Below, in pieces: positions 9,542 to 19,215 of a stretch of DNA of 64,000 bases. The DNA is from Elusimicrobiota bacterium (lineage in GTDB: Bacteria > Elusimicrobiota > Endomicrobiia > Endomicrobiales > JAPLKN01), in assembly GCA_042562855.1 (NCBI GenBank), contig JBHPNE010000005.1, forward strand, positions 154 to 64,153, in the 5' to 3' direction. The position numbers and the translations under genes are program-made. Within the stretch, counting starts at the first letter, position 1. Each line of letters begins with the position of its first letter. The notes under the pieces are model-generated. The model did not search any database and had not been told where the DNA came from. It worked only from the letters and a program-made list of their open reading frames with translations.

Positions 9542-12500
9542 ATGGGCAAGAAAAATATATCGGATCAAAATCAGTCAAATTATAGATTGCTCGATGACGG
9601 CTCTTTTGTTATTGAAGACTATAATCAGGCTAAGTCATTTTCCAGTTTTTTCCCCGGTATTGCGGGCTTAAACGGAATACCAATGTGGGCTTTTTATGTA
9701 AACCGCAATCAGGGAATTGCTTCTTTTGGAATACGTAATAAAAACTACCCCATAATGGAGTTTTATCCTGCAAATACTTCATATGCTCTAACTGCAAATT
9801 TGGGATTCCGCACCTTTATTAAAATAAAGAAAAACAGCAAAGTAGAATTTTATGAGCCATTTAGGGATAATTCAACGAGTACAAAACATAAAATTAGACA
9901 AAGGATGTTCGTAAGGTTTTACGAAGTTATATTTGAAGATATTAATGAAACTCTGGGCCTTAAAACTTTAGTTAGATATTTCACGATACCAAACGAACCC
10001 AGGGCAGCCATGGCCAGAATGGTAGAATTTACTAATTTGTCAGCGGAGAAACTCTCAATCGAAGTTATTGACGGTCTGCCGAAAATAATTCCCTATTGGA
10101 TGGAGCAGTGGATTTTAAAATTTATGGGACATACGGCCCAAGCCTGGACAACAGTAACAAACTTAGACAAGGCCGCACCCTTTTATAAATTAAAAGTTGA
10201 AATAAACGATAGCCCCGAGGTTAAAAATCTTGATCACGGGAATTTTTATTTTGGATTTGAAGGTGCTGGCAAAAAGTATAAAAAAATAAAGCCGATTGTT
10301 GATCCAGAGATAATTTTTAAGCAGGACTTAAGCTATTCAACGCCGGCCAACTTTGTTCTGGAAGACAATTTTTCTGTACCCAAAAAACAATTTGGCGACA
10401 ACAAGTATCCTTCAGCTATGGGCTGGTTTAAGGCAGATATTTTACCTTCCGAAAAACATAATGTAAATTCAGTTATAGGATATATTGAAAGCGAAAAAAA
10501 GCTCAATGAATTCTGTAAAAAAGCCTCAAATATTCATTATTTCAGTGATAAAGCTCTTGAAAATCAGAATTTAATTAATGGTCTTCTTAGTTCTGTAGAG
10601 ACGAATTCTTCAGCAAAGATTTTTGACATGTATTGTAAACAGACATATTTGGATAATTTGCTGCGCGGCGGGATGCCGATTGTGATTCCAGGCAAAAGCA
10701 AGAAAACTGTTTTTTATGTTTATTCACGCAAGCACGGTGATTTGGAGCGCGATTACAATAATTTCGAGTTATCACCAATGTATTTTTCTCAAGGAAACGG
10801 AAACTACCGTGACGTGAATCAGAACAAAAGATCCGATGTATTTATAAACCCCAATATAGAAGATTTTAATGTTCTATCATTCTATAATTTAATACAGCTT
10901 GATGGGTATAATCCTTTGCTTATAAAAGGGCAGAGATTTCATTTTAATGCCCTTAGTAAAATCGGCGAACAAATCCTTAAAAAGCTTGTGAAGGGCAAAC
11001 ACAGGCCAATGATGAAGGAATTTTTCAAAAAAACTTTTGAGCCTGGCAGTCTTTTATTGTTTTTGGAGAAGAATAACATCGGTCTTTCTGTTTCAAAAGA
11101 AAAATTTTTGGCCAATATGCTTGAGAGCTCAAATAGTATAAATAGCGCTGATCATTGCGAGGGGTTCTGGACTGACCACTGGACATACAACATAGATTTA
11201 TTGGAAAGTTATCTGTCTATTTATCCGGAAAAAAAGCATGAGATATTACTCGAAAAAAACGAATTCACTTTTTATGACAATCCGCACTATGTAGTTCCGA
11301 GAAGCGACAAGTACGTGAATTTCAATGGCAAAATTAGACAATTCGATGCTGTTATAAAAAGCAAAGAAAAAGAAAAACTTATTATAGGAAGACAGTCCGA
11401 TATAAATACAATGCGGACAAATTATGGCAAGGGAAGTATTTACAGGACAACGCTCTTGGTAAAAATGTTATGCCTTGTCCTAAATAAATTCGCAACCTTA
11501 GATTCTGGGGGAATTGGTATTGAAATGGAGGCAGGTAAACCAAGCTGGTATGATGCCTTAAACGGTCTGCCGGGTGTATTCGGATCCAGTGTGCCGGAAA
11601 CATTTGAGCTTAAACGTAATATGCAGTTTATTCATGATTATTTGTCTTCAAGCAGTGTTTCGCCTATTTATGAAATAGGTGTGGCGGAAGAAATATATGA
11701 GTTCTTTCATGATTTAGAAGGTATTTTGAAGAAGTCATCTAAATATTCTCCTTTTAGTTTTTGGGATAATGCAACATCAGCGAAGGAAAAATACAGGAAA
11801 AGGACATTGTTTGGGGTCAGCGGCAGGGAGAAAAATCTCACCTTAGATCACGTGCTCAGCTTTATGAACATGGCGATCAAGAAAATCGATAAGGGCTTAA
11901 AAAAAGCAATTGAGAGAAAAACAGGGTTGTATTACACGTATTATACTCATGAGGCAAAAAAAATATATTCCAAGTGAAAAAACAAGCAAAAGGGGATTTG
12001 CGTGTGTCAAAGTAAGCAGTTTCGCAAAACACCCTCTTCCCTTATTTCTTGAAGCGGAAGTCCATTATATTAAAACTGAAAAAAGAAATGAAAAAATTAA
12101 GAAGCATCTCAAATCATTGAAAAAAAGCGAACTTTATGATAGAAATCTTAATATGTATAAAGTGAATGCGTCTTTAAAAAATGAATCCACTGATATTGGT
12201 CGCTGCACCGTGTTTACTCCAGGCTGGCTTGAAAATGAGTCCATATGGCTTCATATGGAATATAAGTATATTCTTGAGCTTTTAAAAGCAGGTTTGTATA
12301 AAGAGTTTTTCGAAGAATTTAAAAAAACATGTGTATGTTTCCAGGATCCTAAAGTTTACGGAAGAAGTTTGCTTGAAAACTCCTCGTTTATTGCATCAAG
12401 CGCTTTTCCCGACAAAAGTATGTGGGGAAGAGGTTTCGTTGCGAGATTGAGCGGTTCAACGGCAGAGTTTATGCAGATGTGGCTTTCCATGACATGCGGA

Positions 12501-12797
12501 GAGAAACCATTTGCAATAGATGAAAATAAAGAACTTGTTTTGGAGTTTAAGCCTATACTTCCCAAAGAATATTTTAATGAAGACAGGGAATTTAGCTTTA
12601 GATTTTTAGGAAATACGCAGGTTATTTACAAAAATTCGCAGAAGATAGATACTTTTTCAAATAAAATGGCCATAAATAAGGTTGTTATTAGATGGCACGA
12701 CGGAACAATGGATTATATCGATGGAGCTAAGATCATTGGGCCTAAAGCAAAAAGGATCAGAGCCCAGGAAGCAAAAGAAATAGAAGTATTTTTCTAA
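9542..12797 (+). pseudogene. GH161-like (beta-1,3-glucan) phosphorylase, split by a 1-nt frameshift into ORFs 9542-11977 and about 11960-12797
   Basis: SRKHGDLERDYN, QGNGNYRDVNQN, WTDHWTYN and GIEMEAGKPxWxDALNGLPG in ORF1; GWLENESIWLHMEYKY and RLSGSTAEF in ORF2. Removing one A from the A8 run at 11956-11963 fuses them into 1084 aa. May be a sequencing error. Confidence 0.75.
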
Positions 12798-12817
12798 TAA
12801 ACAGCGGGGAACCTAAA

Positions 12818-13285
12818 ATGAAAAAAGTACTATTGCTCTTAGTTTTAATGTCTGTAATGTATATTAATGTGCACGCTGGATTATCAAAAATAAAATCTGT
12901 TAAAATCATTACTACAGCTAAAAAATCAGAATTCATTAAGCAAGAAGAAATTGATAATCAGGTAATAAAATCATTTGCAAACAAACTTCCTCAAATTAAG
13001 GTTGGCAAAAGCGGTAAAATTACCTGTGAAGTCAGATATTCTGACGGGTATTTTAAAATAGAAGATGATATATTCGGAAGTTATTATTTGGGAGTGGCAA
13101 TGAAGTCCGATTTCAAAAAATATGATAAAATTTCACCTAGCAGAAAAACCTATTGGGAAAGAGGTTTTTTTATGCCGAGTATAAACAGTAAGGATTTAGG
13201 CGAATCGGTAAAAAACAACATTGATAGTATAATTGATGCGTTTGTAGTTGAATGGTATAAAGATAAGGAAAAAGAAAAAAAATAA
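12818..13285 (+). CDS. hypothetical secreted protein
   Basis: Signal-peptide-like N-terminus (MKKVLLLLVLMSVMYINVHA); G-rich RBS upstream; no family recognised. Confidence 0.7.
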   Translation: MKKVLLLLVLMSVMYINVHAGLSKIKSVKIITTAKKSEFIKQEEIDNQVIKSFANKLPQIKVGKSGKITCEVRYSDGYFKIEDDIFGSYYLGVAMKSDFKKYDKISPSRKTYWERGFFMPSINSKDLGESVKNNIDSIIDAFVVEWYKDKEKEKK

Positions 13286-13286
13286 T

Positions 13287-13763
13287 ATGCTTCATTCTTT
13301 ACAGGTCGGTTTCAACTTCGGTATAACTTCCGGTATAATCACCACTCTTGGATTAATGATTGGCTTAAATTCGATTGCTGAATCTAAGATGGTAGTCATT
13401 GGAGGAATACTTACCATAGCGATAGCGGATGCATTTTCCGATGCATTAGGTATACATATTTCTGAGGAATCAGAAAATGTCCACACAACAAAACAAATCT
13501 GGGCATCCACCATTTCCACTTTTGTATGCAAGTTTGTCACCGCGCTCACATTTATTATACCTGTTTTAGTCTTTGATCTTGCAGTTGCTGTAAGAATAGG
13601 CATTATTTGGGGAGTTTTGATACTTTCTTTCCTCAGTTATACAATGGCGCGCAGACAAAAAATCAATCCTTGGTCTATAATAGCCGAGCATTTGGTAATA
13701 ACATTAATCGTAATAGTTGCTGCTCATTATGTTGGGACTTGGATATCAACAAGTTTTAAATAA
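13287..13763 (+). CDS. VIT1/CCC1-like membrane protein
   Basis: FGITSGIITTLGL, AIADAFSDALGIHISEESE and 5 hydrophobic segments; ATG 13287 sits just after the upstream stop. Confidence 0.75.
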   Translation: MLHSLQVGFNFGITSGIITTLGLMIGLNSIAESKMVVIGGILTIAIADAFSDALGIHISEESENVHTTKQIWASTISTFVCKFVTALTFIIPVLVFDLAVAVRIGIIWGVLILSFLSYTMARRQKINPWSIIAEHLVITLIVIVAAHYVGTWISTSFK

Positions 13764-13787
13764 AAATTATGCAAGAACGAGTGTGAT

Positions 13788-14045
13788 GGAGAGGTGTCTG
13801 TGTGGGCCGCAGTGCGAGGAATAACGAGCACAAGTATTGCGGCGGGCGCGAGATGGTGAGCGCCCCGGAAACCAACTCCTGGGCAGCTCGTAATGAACGA
13901 AGTGAATGGAGAGGTGTCCGAGTGGGCCGCAGTGCGAGGAATAACGAGCACAAGTATTGCGGCGGGCGCGAGATGGTGAGCGCCCCGGAAACCAACTCCT
14001 GGGCAGCTCGTAATGAACGAAGTGAATGGAGAGGTGTCCGAGTGG
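13788..14045 (+). repeat. 120-bp tandem repeat: 18-nt tRNA-Ser 5' end plus a 102-nt hairpin-rich module, two copies abutting the intact tRNA
   Basis: Units start at 13788 and 13908 and the tRNA at 14028. 13802-13925 is identical to 13922-14045. The first tRNA fragment has 2 mismatches (ggagaggtgtcTgTgtgg). Confidence 0.95.
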
Positions 14046-14114
14046 TTTAAGGAGCACGCCTGGAAAGTGTGTGTACCAGCAATGGTACCGAGGGTTCGAA
14101 TCCCTCCCTCTCCG
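14028..14114 (+). tRNA. tRNA-Ser(GGA)
   Basis: Acceptor ggagagg/cctctcc; anticodon arm cacgc-ctGGAaa-gtgtg; long variable arm gtacca-gcaa-tggtac; T arm gaggg-ttcgaat-ccctc; CCA not encoded. Confidence 0.97.
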
Positions 14115-14117
14115 TTT

Positions 14118-14282
14118 GAGTTTGGCTGAAAGGTTCTTAATTCTATTCCGAAATCAATATTTTGGCTGCAACTTCGGAATCCTCATTTCATGTAGCGCTG
14201 AGGCTACACATCAATTCTGATTCCTTCGTTTCGCTCAAAACTTTGTTTTCTCATAACGAATTAGAACCATTCAGGCAAACTC
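14118..14282. repeat. 165-bp imperfect palindrome (MITE/REP-like long hairpin)
   Basis: Arm 14118-14143 gagtttggctgaaaggttcttaattc versus reverse complement of 14258-14282 gagtttgcctgaatggttctaattc; nested inner stems ggaatc/gattcc and tgtagc/gctaca. Confidence 0.8.
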
Positions 14283-14310
14283 TATAAAAGTGTTTATTGG
14301 GAGGAGATTA

Positions 14311-14946
14311 ATGAAAGATATTTTAAAGGAGACAGAAAAAATATTTAGGTATATTTTATCAGGAGTGTTTGGTTTGGGATTACTATATTTAATGATACTT
14401 GATCCTAAAATAAAACTTATTCCTGATGGTATAATTTTGCCTGAATCAGTCAATAGTATTAGTTTTATGCTAAGGATTGATGTTATGTTGGTATTGGCTA
14501 TTGTAATAGGAATGACGCTGTATTTGATTCAAAGATATGTAATTATTAGTTTGATTGATCTTATCTTATTTATATGTGGGCTGAATTGTTTTGCTGAAAA
14601 GAAAGTCAAATATTCTGATGCCCTTTCAGAATACCTTAAAAAAAGATTTGATCCAAAAAAAGCAAACATAGAGCTTTCTGGTCATCTTTTGTCTAGACAT
14701 GCGCATATTCATGCATTGATGTTGATTTCCTTAATAACATTATTGGGCAATATATTTATACTAAATAATTGGATTATAGGAATTGCTCTTACAATAATGT
14801 TTGTGATTATCTTTGCTCATATTATCAACTTAGAAAAAATAGAACGTAAAATATTTTATGGAAAAGCATTAGAAAATGAGAAGTATAGATGGGTAGTTAT
14901 TGGTCTTCCTTCGTTATTGATAATACTAGTACATTGGTTTTTTTAA
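14311..14946 (+). CDS. hypothetical multi-pass membrane protein
   Basis: GGAGGAG RBS before ATG 14311; several hydrophobic segments; very AT-rich. Confidence 0.7.
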   Translation: MKDILKETEKIFRYILSGVFGLGLLYLMILDPKIKLIPDGIILPESVNSISFMLRIDVMLVLAIVIGMTLYLIQRYVIISLIDLILFICGLNCFAEKKVKYSDALSEYLKKRFDPKKANIELSGHLLSRHAHIHALMLISLITLLGNIFILNNWIIGIALTIMFVIIFAHIINLEKIERKIFYGKALENEKYRWVVIGLPSLLIILVHWFF

Positions 14947-14957
14947 TACTATTACTC

Positions 14958-15131
14958 ATGAAAAAATATTTGCTATGGGCTTCGCTCGTAATAATCCTTA
15001 TTTTGGACTGGCTTGCTCTTGATGATATTACAACAAGGAATGAGCCTAACTATGCGGGTGAGTGGGGTATATTAGCAGCAAGTATAGTTATAATTCCTTT
15101 CTTAGTATTCCTAATTTCAAAAAAGAAATAG
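14958..15131 (+). CDS. small two-TM membrane protein (57 aa)
   Basis: MKKYLLWASLVIILILDWLALDDITTRNEPNYAGEWGILAASIVIIPFLVFLISKKK; two TM helices with basic ends. Confidence 0.6.
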   Translation: MKKYLLWASLVIILILDWLALDDITTRNEPNYAGEWGILAASIVIIPFLVFLISKKK

Positions 15132-15143
15132 TATTGTTTTATA

Positions 15144-15860
15144 TTACAACTGAAAATCGTCTATAAGTTTTAGGAGTGTCTTAGAGGATTTTTGAACGAT
15201 TTGTCTCATTTTGGTTGAATTTTCTTTGCTAAATGCCTCATAGTATGGTTTCGTTCCTATAATATCAGTCACGAAAAGAGCAGCTGCAGCTTTCTTTCCT
15301 ATATTCTGAGCGGCAGCTAGAACAGCAGAAGTTTCCATATCAATAACATCTATGTCGTTAATGTCTAAACTCTTTAAATACTTTTCTTCTAGTTTCAGAG
15401 AACTTACGGTAAGGCAATTACCTTTATGCATACCATCTGAATGACTTAGTAGTTTTTCAGTTAAGGCATTATCAGAAGCAAAAGTATCGTTAATCTCCTT
15501 TCCTGAAAGCGTATTGGTAAAACTATCTTGTGAGTAAGCTTTCTTTATTAAGAAAATACCACCTATTTTTGTTTGCCCTTTGTCTACTGCTCCGCAGGAA
15601 CCGAAGAATATTATTTTTTCGCATGGAGTATCTTTTAAGTAAAGAACAGCATCTCCTGTAAAAGCGCTTCCCATACGGGTAATGATGAGAGTAATATTTT
15701 CATCATTGCCGGCAGAGTAGAGCAAACCCCTGCTGATGTTTTTGATATTCAGAATAGAAATTATGTCTTTAGAGTAAAATGGAATTACTATGCAGGTTTT
15801 CTTTAATTGTGATGGGAATATCCCAAATAGTGTTTTGAAAATCTCATTATTATTTTGCAT
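15144..15860 (-). CDS. nucleoside phosphorylase/hydrolase (PNP/UDP family)
   Basis: FFGSCGA, VIDMETSA and FVTD motifs; likely start MQNNNE at 15860 overlaps the upstream stop. Confidence 0.8.
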   Translation of the reverse strand: MQNNNEIFKTLFGIFPSQLKKTCIVIPFYSKDIISILNIKNISRGLLYSAGNDENITLIITRMGSAFTGDAVLYLKDTPCEKIIFFGSCGAVDKGQTKIGGIFLIKKAYSQDSFTNTLSGKEINDTFASDNALTEKLLSHSDGMHKGNCLTVSSLKLEEKYLKSLDINDIDVIDMETSAVLAAAQNIGKKAAAALFVTDIIGTKPYYEAFSKENSTKMRQIVQKSSKTLLKLIDDFQL

Positions 15861-16692
15861 ATTTGTTCTCAAAGTATGATTTTCTTCCGTGAATATAAAT
15901 GTCAGATCTGATTTTACAAAATTTTGATTCAATTTGTATATCTTCTTTTATTTGTCTCCAGGTCTCATTATAAAATCCATTGTTATTCAGCAGTTTGTCA
16001 TATTTTTCCTTTAGTTCTGGGTATACAGTGGTGATTTTTGCTACAACATTTTCGATATTTCCAAGATTAAAATTTAATCCTTCAAAATCCAATTCTTCAA
16101 TATTTGTAATGAGATTAAATGCTCCTTTTATATCGGATACAAAAGGTAAAACAGGGGAAAAATATGGAGTAACGTTTATTCCATTTTCTTTTAATTTTTT
16201 CACTGTTTCTATTCGTGATTGGAATGATGGGCTTTTAGGTTCAAGTAAATCCTTTAATTTTTGATCATAAGAGTTTATAGTGAAGTAAATCGATTCGCAC
16301 ATTCCTTGTTTAAGGAGGTCGATGTAGTCTAAAACCAATGGTGAGCGGGTAAGTATAGAAAACTTTATCTTATACAAGTTTAATACTTCCAGGCATTTTT
16401 TAGTAATTTTGTATTTTGCTTCCAATGGCTGAAAGCATTCTGTAATAGAGCCAAGAAGTACATTTTTAGGTTTATTATAAAGAACCTCTTTTTCTAAAAG
16501 CAGTGGTGCATTAATTCGTGCATCAACATAGCTGCCCCAAGGCCGGCCGTCTTTTTGCGCAACCTTGTTAAATTGGGCATAGCAGTATAGACATGAGTAT
16601 TCGCATCCCTTAAAGGGGTTTATTACGTATTCGCCAAGATCAATTGATGTTGGATTAAGTATTTGTCTCAAGAAAACTTCTTTAACTTCCAT
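15850..16692 (-). CDS. radical SAM protein, spore-photoproduct-lyase-like family
   Basis: INPFKGCEYSCLYCYA (CxxxCxxC), ILTRSPL, LEPKSPS...RI. Confidence 0.85.
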   Translation of the reverse strand: MEVKEVFLRQILNPTSIDLGEYVINPFKGCEYSCLYCYAQFNKVAQKDGRPWGSYVDARINAPLLLEKEVLYNKPKNVLLGSITECFQPLEAKYKITKKCLEVLNLYKIKFSILTRSPLVLDYIDLLKQGMCESIYFTINSYDQKLKDLLEPKSPSFQSRIETVKKLKENGINVTPYFSPVLPFVSDIKGAFNLITNIEELDFEGLNFNLGNIENVVAKITTVYPELKEKYDKLLNNNGFYNETWRQIKEDIQIESKFCKIRSDIYIHGRKSYFENKYAK

Positions 16693-17984
16693 TAATGTTC
16701 CACCAGGTTGTTTATAAATGATTTTGAATATGTATATCCGTTCGCCTTAATTGTGTTAATTAGCTCATCAACCCTTGTCCCGGATACACTATTTAACTTA
16801 TAGTCAAATGATCTGTCAAGCTCAGTTCCTTCATAGTAAACATAAGGATTAATCTGCTCTATCTTTTTTATTAAACTCCTGTTGTTAACAAGAAAGCTGA
16901 GTGTTTCCTTGAAATCCTGCTCGGATTCGTTTGGAAAGCCTACTATCATACTTATTCCGAATTGAAGATCATGGCTTTTAAGTTTTTTAAAAAACTCTAA
17001 TGCCTCATTTGATGTAAAGCCTTTATTCATTATTTTTAGAGTACTATCCGATCCGGATTCTAGACCAACGAATAAATTGTAGCAGCCGCTTTGTTTCATT
17101 TTCTCAAATAATTTAATGGGCATGTCAGAGCGGACTGCAATTTGCGCCTCCCAGGGGATGGACACGAAGTTTTTGATGATTTCATCGAGCAATGTTTCAA
17201 AAGCAGCTAAATCCGCATTTACCATTGAGTCATTGAAAACAAAGTTTTTTATACCTTCAGCTTTTAAATCTCTTATTTGCAAGATCATCTTTTCGATAGA
17301 CATTGTTTTAAAGTTTTTGTAAAGGAGTTTTTCAGAGCAAAATGTACAATGTCTTATACACCCCCGTGAAAACATAAGCTGAATTGTATTTTTTCTTGGG
17401 TACTTGGATAGGTCAAGGCCTGAGTAGTCCGGAATTGGTAAGTCGCTTGAGTTTTTTATTTCATTGAATAAAACAAGTTTGGTATCATTGCTTTTGTCTT
17501 GGATAAAATTGAGTAACGGTATTTCGCCTTCGCCGACGACAATTTGGTCGACAAAGCTTGAGTACTTATCAATAATTGAGTCTCCATGCTTAAAATACTG
17601 CCATGTTATTTCTGGTCCGCCTATGATAATTTTAATCTTGCTGTTTTTACCTTTGAGAAGTTTTGAGAATTTTAGAACACTATTAAAATTGCTTTTATAA
17701 CAAGACATGGCAATGGTATCGTAATTGGCAAGCTTATCGGTTATTTTTTCGAATTCCTTTGTTTTGGAAATTATGCCGAAAGCTTCGTCCTCTATCTTTT
17801 TATTGCAGCTGATGAGCCATTCTTTCTTGAGATCGGGACCAGCCAAATTATAAAATAAATTATTCAAATCGAATGTATCAATGCTTATATTTCGGCTTTT
17901 TAAATATCCTTTAAGCGATGCTAAGCTAATTGGCGCAAGAAGCGGCCAAAAAACAGGTAGTAATACAAGGGCATTTTTATTCAT
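16692..17984 (-). CDS. cobalamin-binding radical SAM protein
   Basis: N-terminal B12-binding-like domain (PISLASLKGYL...IIIGGP...VVGEGE), SRGCIRHCTFC, GLESGS, IVGFPNE. Confidence 0.87.
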   Translation of the reverse strand: MNKNALVLLPVFWPLLAPISLASLKGYLKSRNISIDTFDLNNLFYNLAGPDLKKEWLISCNKKIEDEAFGIISKTKEFEKITDKLANYDTIAMSCYKSNFNSVLKFSKLLKGKNSKIKIIIGGPEITWQYFKHGDSIIDKYSSFVDQIVVGEGEIPLLNFIQDKSNDTKLVLFNEIKNSSDLPIPDYSGLDLSKYPRKNTIQLMFSRGCIRHCTFCSEKLLYKNFKTMSIEKMILQIRDLKAEGIKNFVFNDSMVNADLAAFETLLDEIIKNFVSIPWEAQIAVRSDMPIKLFEKMKQSGCYNLFVGLESGSDSTLKIMNKGFTSNEALEFFKKLKSHDLQFGISMIVGFPNESEQDFKETLSFLVNNRSLIKKIEQINPYVYYEGTELDRSFDYKLNSVSGTRVDELINTIKANGYTYSKSFINNLVEH

Positions 17985-18062
17985 TTGTTTATTTTACTAT
18001 TTTTGGTACAATTATAACAGTAATCAGAATTACAGACTAAAAACATTAAACAGAAAACTAAA

Positions 18063-19130
18063 ATGAAATTAAAAGAACTAGGATTTGACAGCTGGTTTGA
18101 GAAAAAATTAGGCGATATTCCGATTAAGGACTGTAGTATTGCAAGAGTTTCGGCAGTTGAAAAGGATTCGTGCAGTGTTTTGGGTGAATTTGGAGAGGTA
18201 ATTGCAAGTATCTTGGGAAAACTTCGTTATACTGCTGAGTCAAAAGAAGATTTTCCGGCAGTCGGTGATTGGGTGTTTGTACAGTATGTAGATAATAATA
18301 CTCAAGGTGTAATTCATGGAATATTGCCTAGAAGATCGGTTTTAAAAAGGAAAAAACCGGGACAAAAATCTGAGTACCAGCTGATTTCCTCCAACATCGA
18401 TACAGCATTTATTATGCAGTCTTTGACAGAAGATTTCAATATAAGAAGACTTGAAAGATATCTTATTGCAGTAACTGAAGGCGGGATCGAGCCTGTAATA
18501 TTATTAAGCAAATGTGACCTTATATCAAATAAAGAAATAGACAATAAAATTCAAAGTATCAGTGATTATAATAAGTACAAGATCATTTCGTTTAGCAATA
18601 AGACGGGAGATGGGATAGGTAACATTGCAGACGTTATTAAACCCGAAAAGACATACTGTATCGTAGGGTCCTCCGGCGTTGGTAAAACCACTTTGTTAAA
18701 CAAGCTAATAGGCGAAGATAGATTTAAGACCGGCGAAATAAGGGAAAGTGATGGAAAGGGAAGGCATATAACAAGCAGAAAAGAGTTTGTAGTTCTTCAA
18801 AACGGAGGATTGATAATAGATACCCCGGGTCTTCGGGAATTTGGAAATATAGAAGCAGATGCAGGCCTGATAAATACTTTTCCCGATATAATTGAACATG
18901 CATCGGATTGTAAGTATGTTGATTGCACTCATTCAAACGAACCCGGCTGTGCGGTAGTTAAAGCCATAGCTGAGGGAAAAATATCTGAAAGCAGGTTCAA
19001 GAGCTATTTAAAATTGAAAAAGGAATCGGATTATAATAAACTCACTTATCTCGAAAAAAGGAGAAAAGATAAAAAGTTCGGAAAGTTTGTTAAAAAAGCG
19101 TTGAAACATCATTGGAAGAGAAGAGGCTAA
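18063..19130 (+). CDS. rsgA: ribosome small subunit-dependent GTPase A
   Basis: PAVGDWV OB domain, SKCDL, GSSGVGKT, GRHIT, DTPG and CKYVDCTHSNEPGC Zn site. Confidence 0.93.
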   Translation: MKLKELGFDSWFEKKLGDIPIKDCSIARVSAVEKDSCSVLGEFGEVIASILGKLRYTAESKEDFPAVGDWVFVQYVDNNTQGVIHGILPRRSVLKRKKPGQKSEYQLISSNIDTAFIMQSLTEDFNIRRLERYLIAVTEGGIEPVILLSKCDLISNKEIDNKIQSISDYNKYKIISFSNKTGDGIGNIADVIKPEKTYCIVGSSGVGKTTLLNKLIGEDRFKTGEIRESDGKGRHITSRKEFVVLQNGGLIIDTPGLREFGNIEADAGLINTFPDIIEHASDCKYVDCTHSNEPGCAVVKAIAEGKISESRFKSYLKLKKESDYNKLTYLEKRRKDKKFGKFVKKALKHHWKRRG

Positions 19131-19152
19131 GAATAGGAAAATGCGATATTAG

Positions 19153-19181
19153 TTGATATTTTTTTACAAAATTGGTATCTT
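19153..19181 (+). promoter_or_regulatory. sigma70-type promoter of the histone gene
   Basis: TTGATA (19153-19158), 17-bp spacer, TGg-TATCTT (19176-19181). Confidence 0.5.
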
Positions 19182-19215
19182 CTTGGCGTAAAACTAAAAT
19201 TGGAGGGTTAACAAC

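Noticed and set aside
13806-14027. Intron-containing tRNA-Ser
   Set aside because: A complete uninterrupted tRNA exists at 14028-14114, and the module is too short for a group I/II intron core
13788-14045. CRISPR array interpretation of the repeats at tRNA-Ser and tRNA-Ala
   Set aside because: The repeats are tRNA 5' ends, the two Ser spacers are identical and too long, and no cas genes are adjacent
13727-14220. Several 64-96 aa ORFs on both strands with internal repeats
   Set aside because: They are translations of the 120-bp repeat and tRNA-Ser, with no RBS or protein-like features
14115-18000. Integrated prophage or ICE at tRNA-Ser
   Set aside because: No integrase, phage genes or downstream tRNA 3' duplication found
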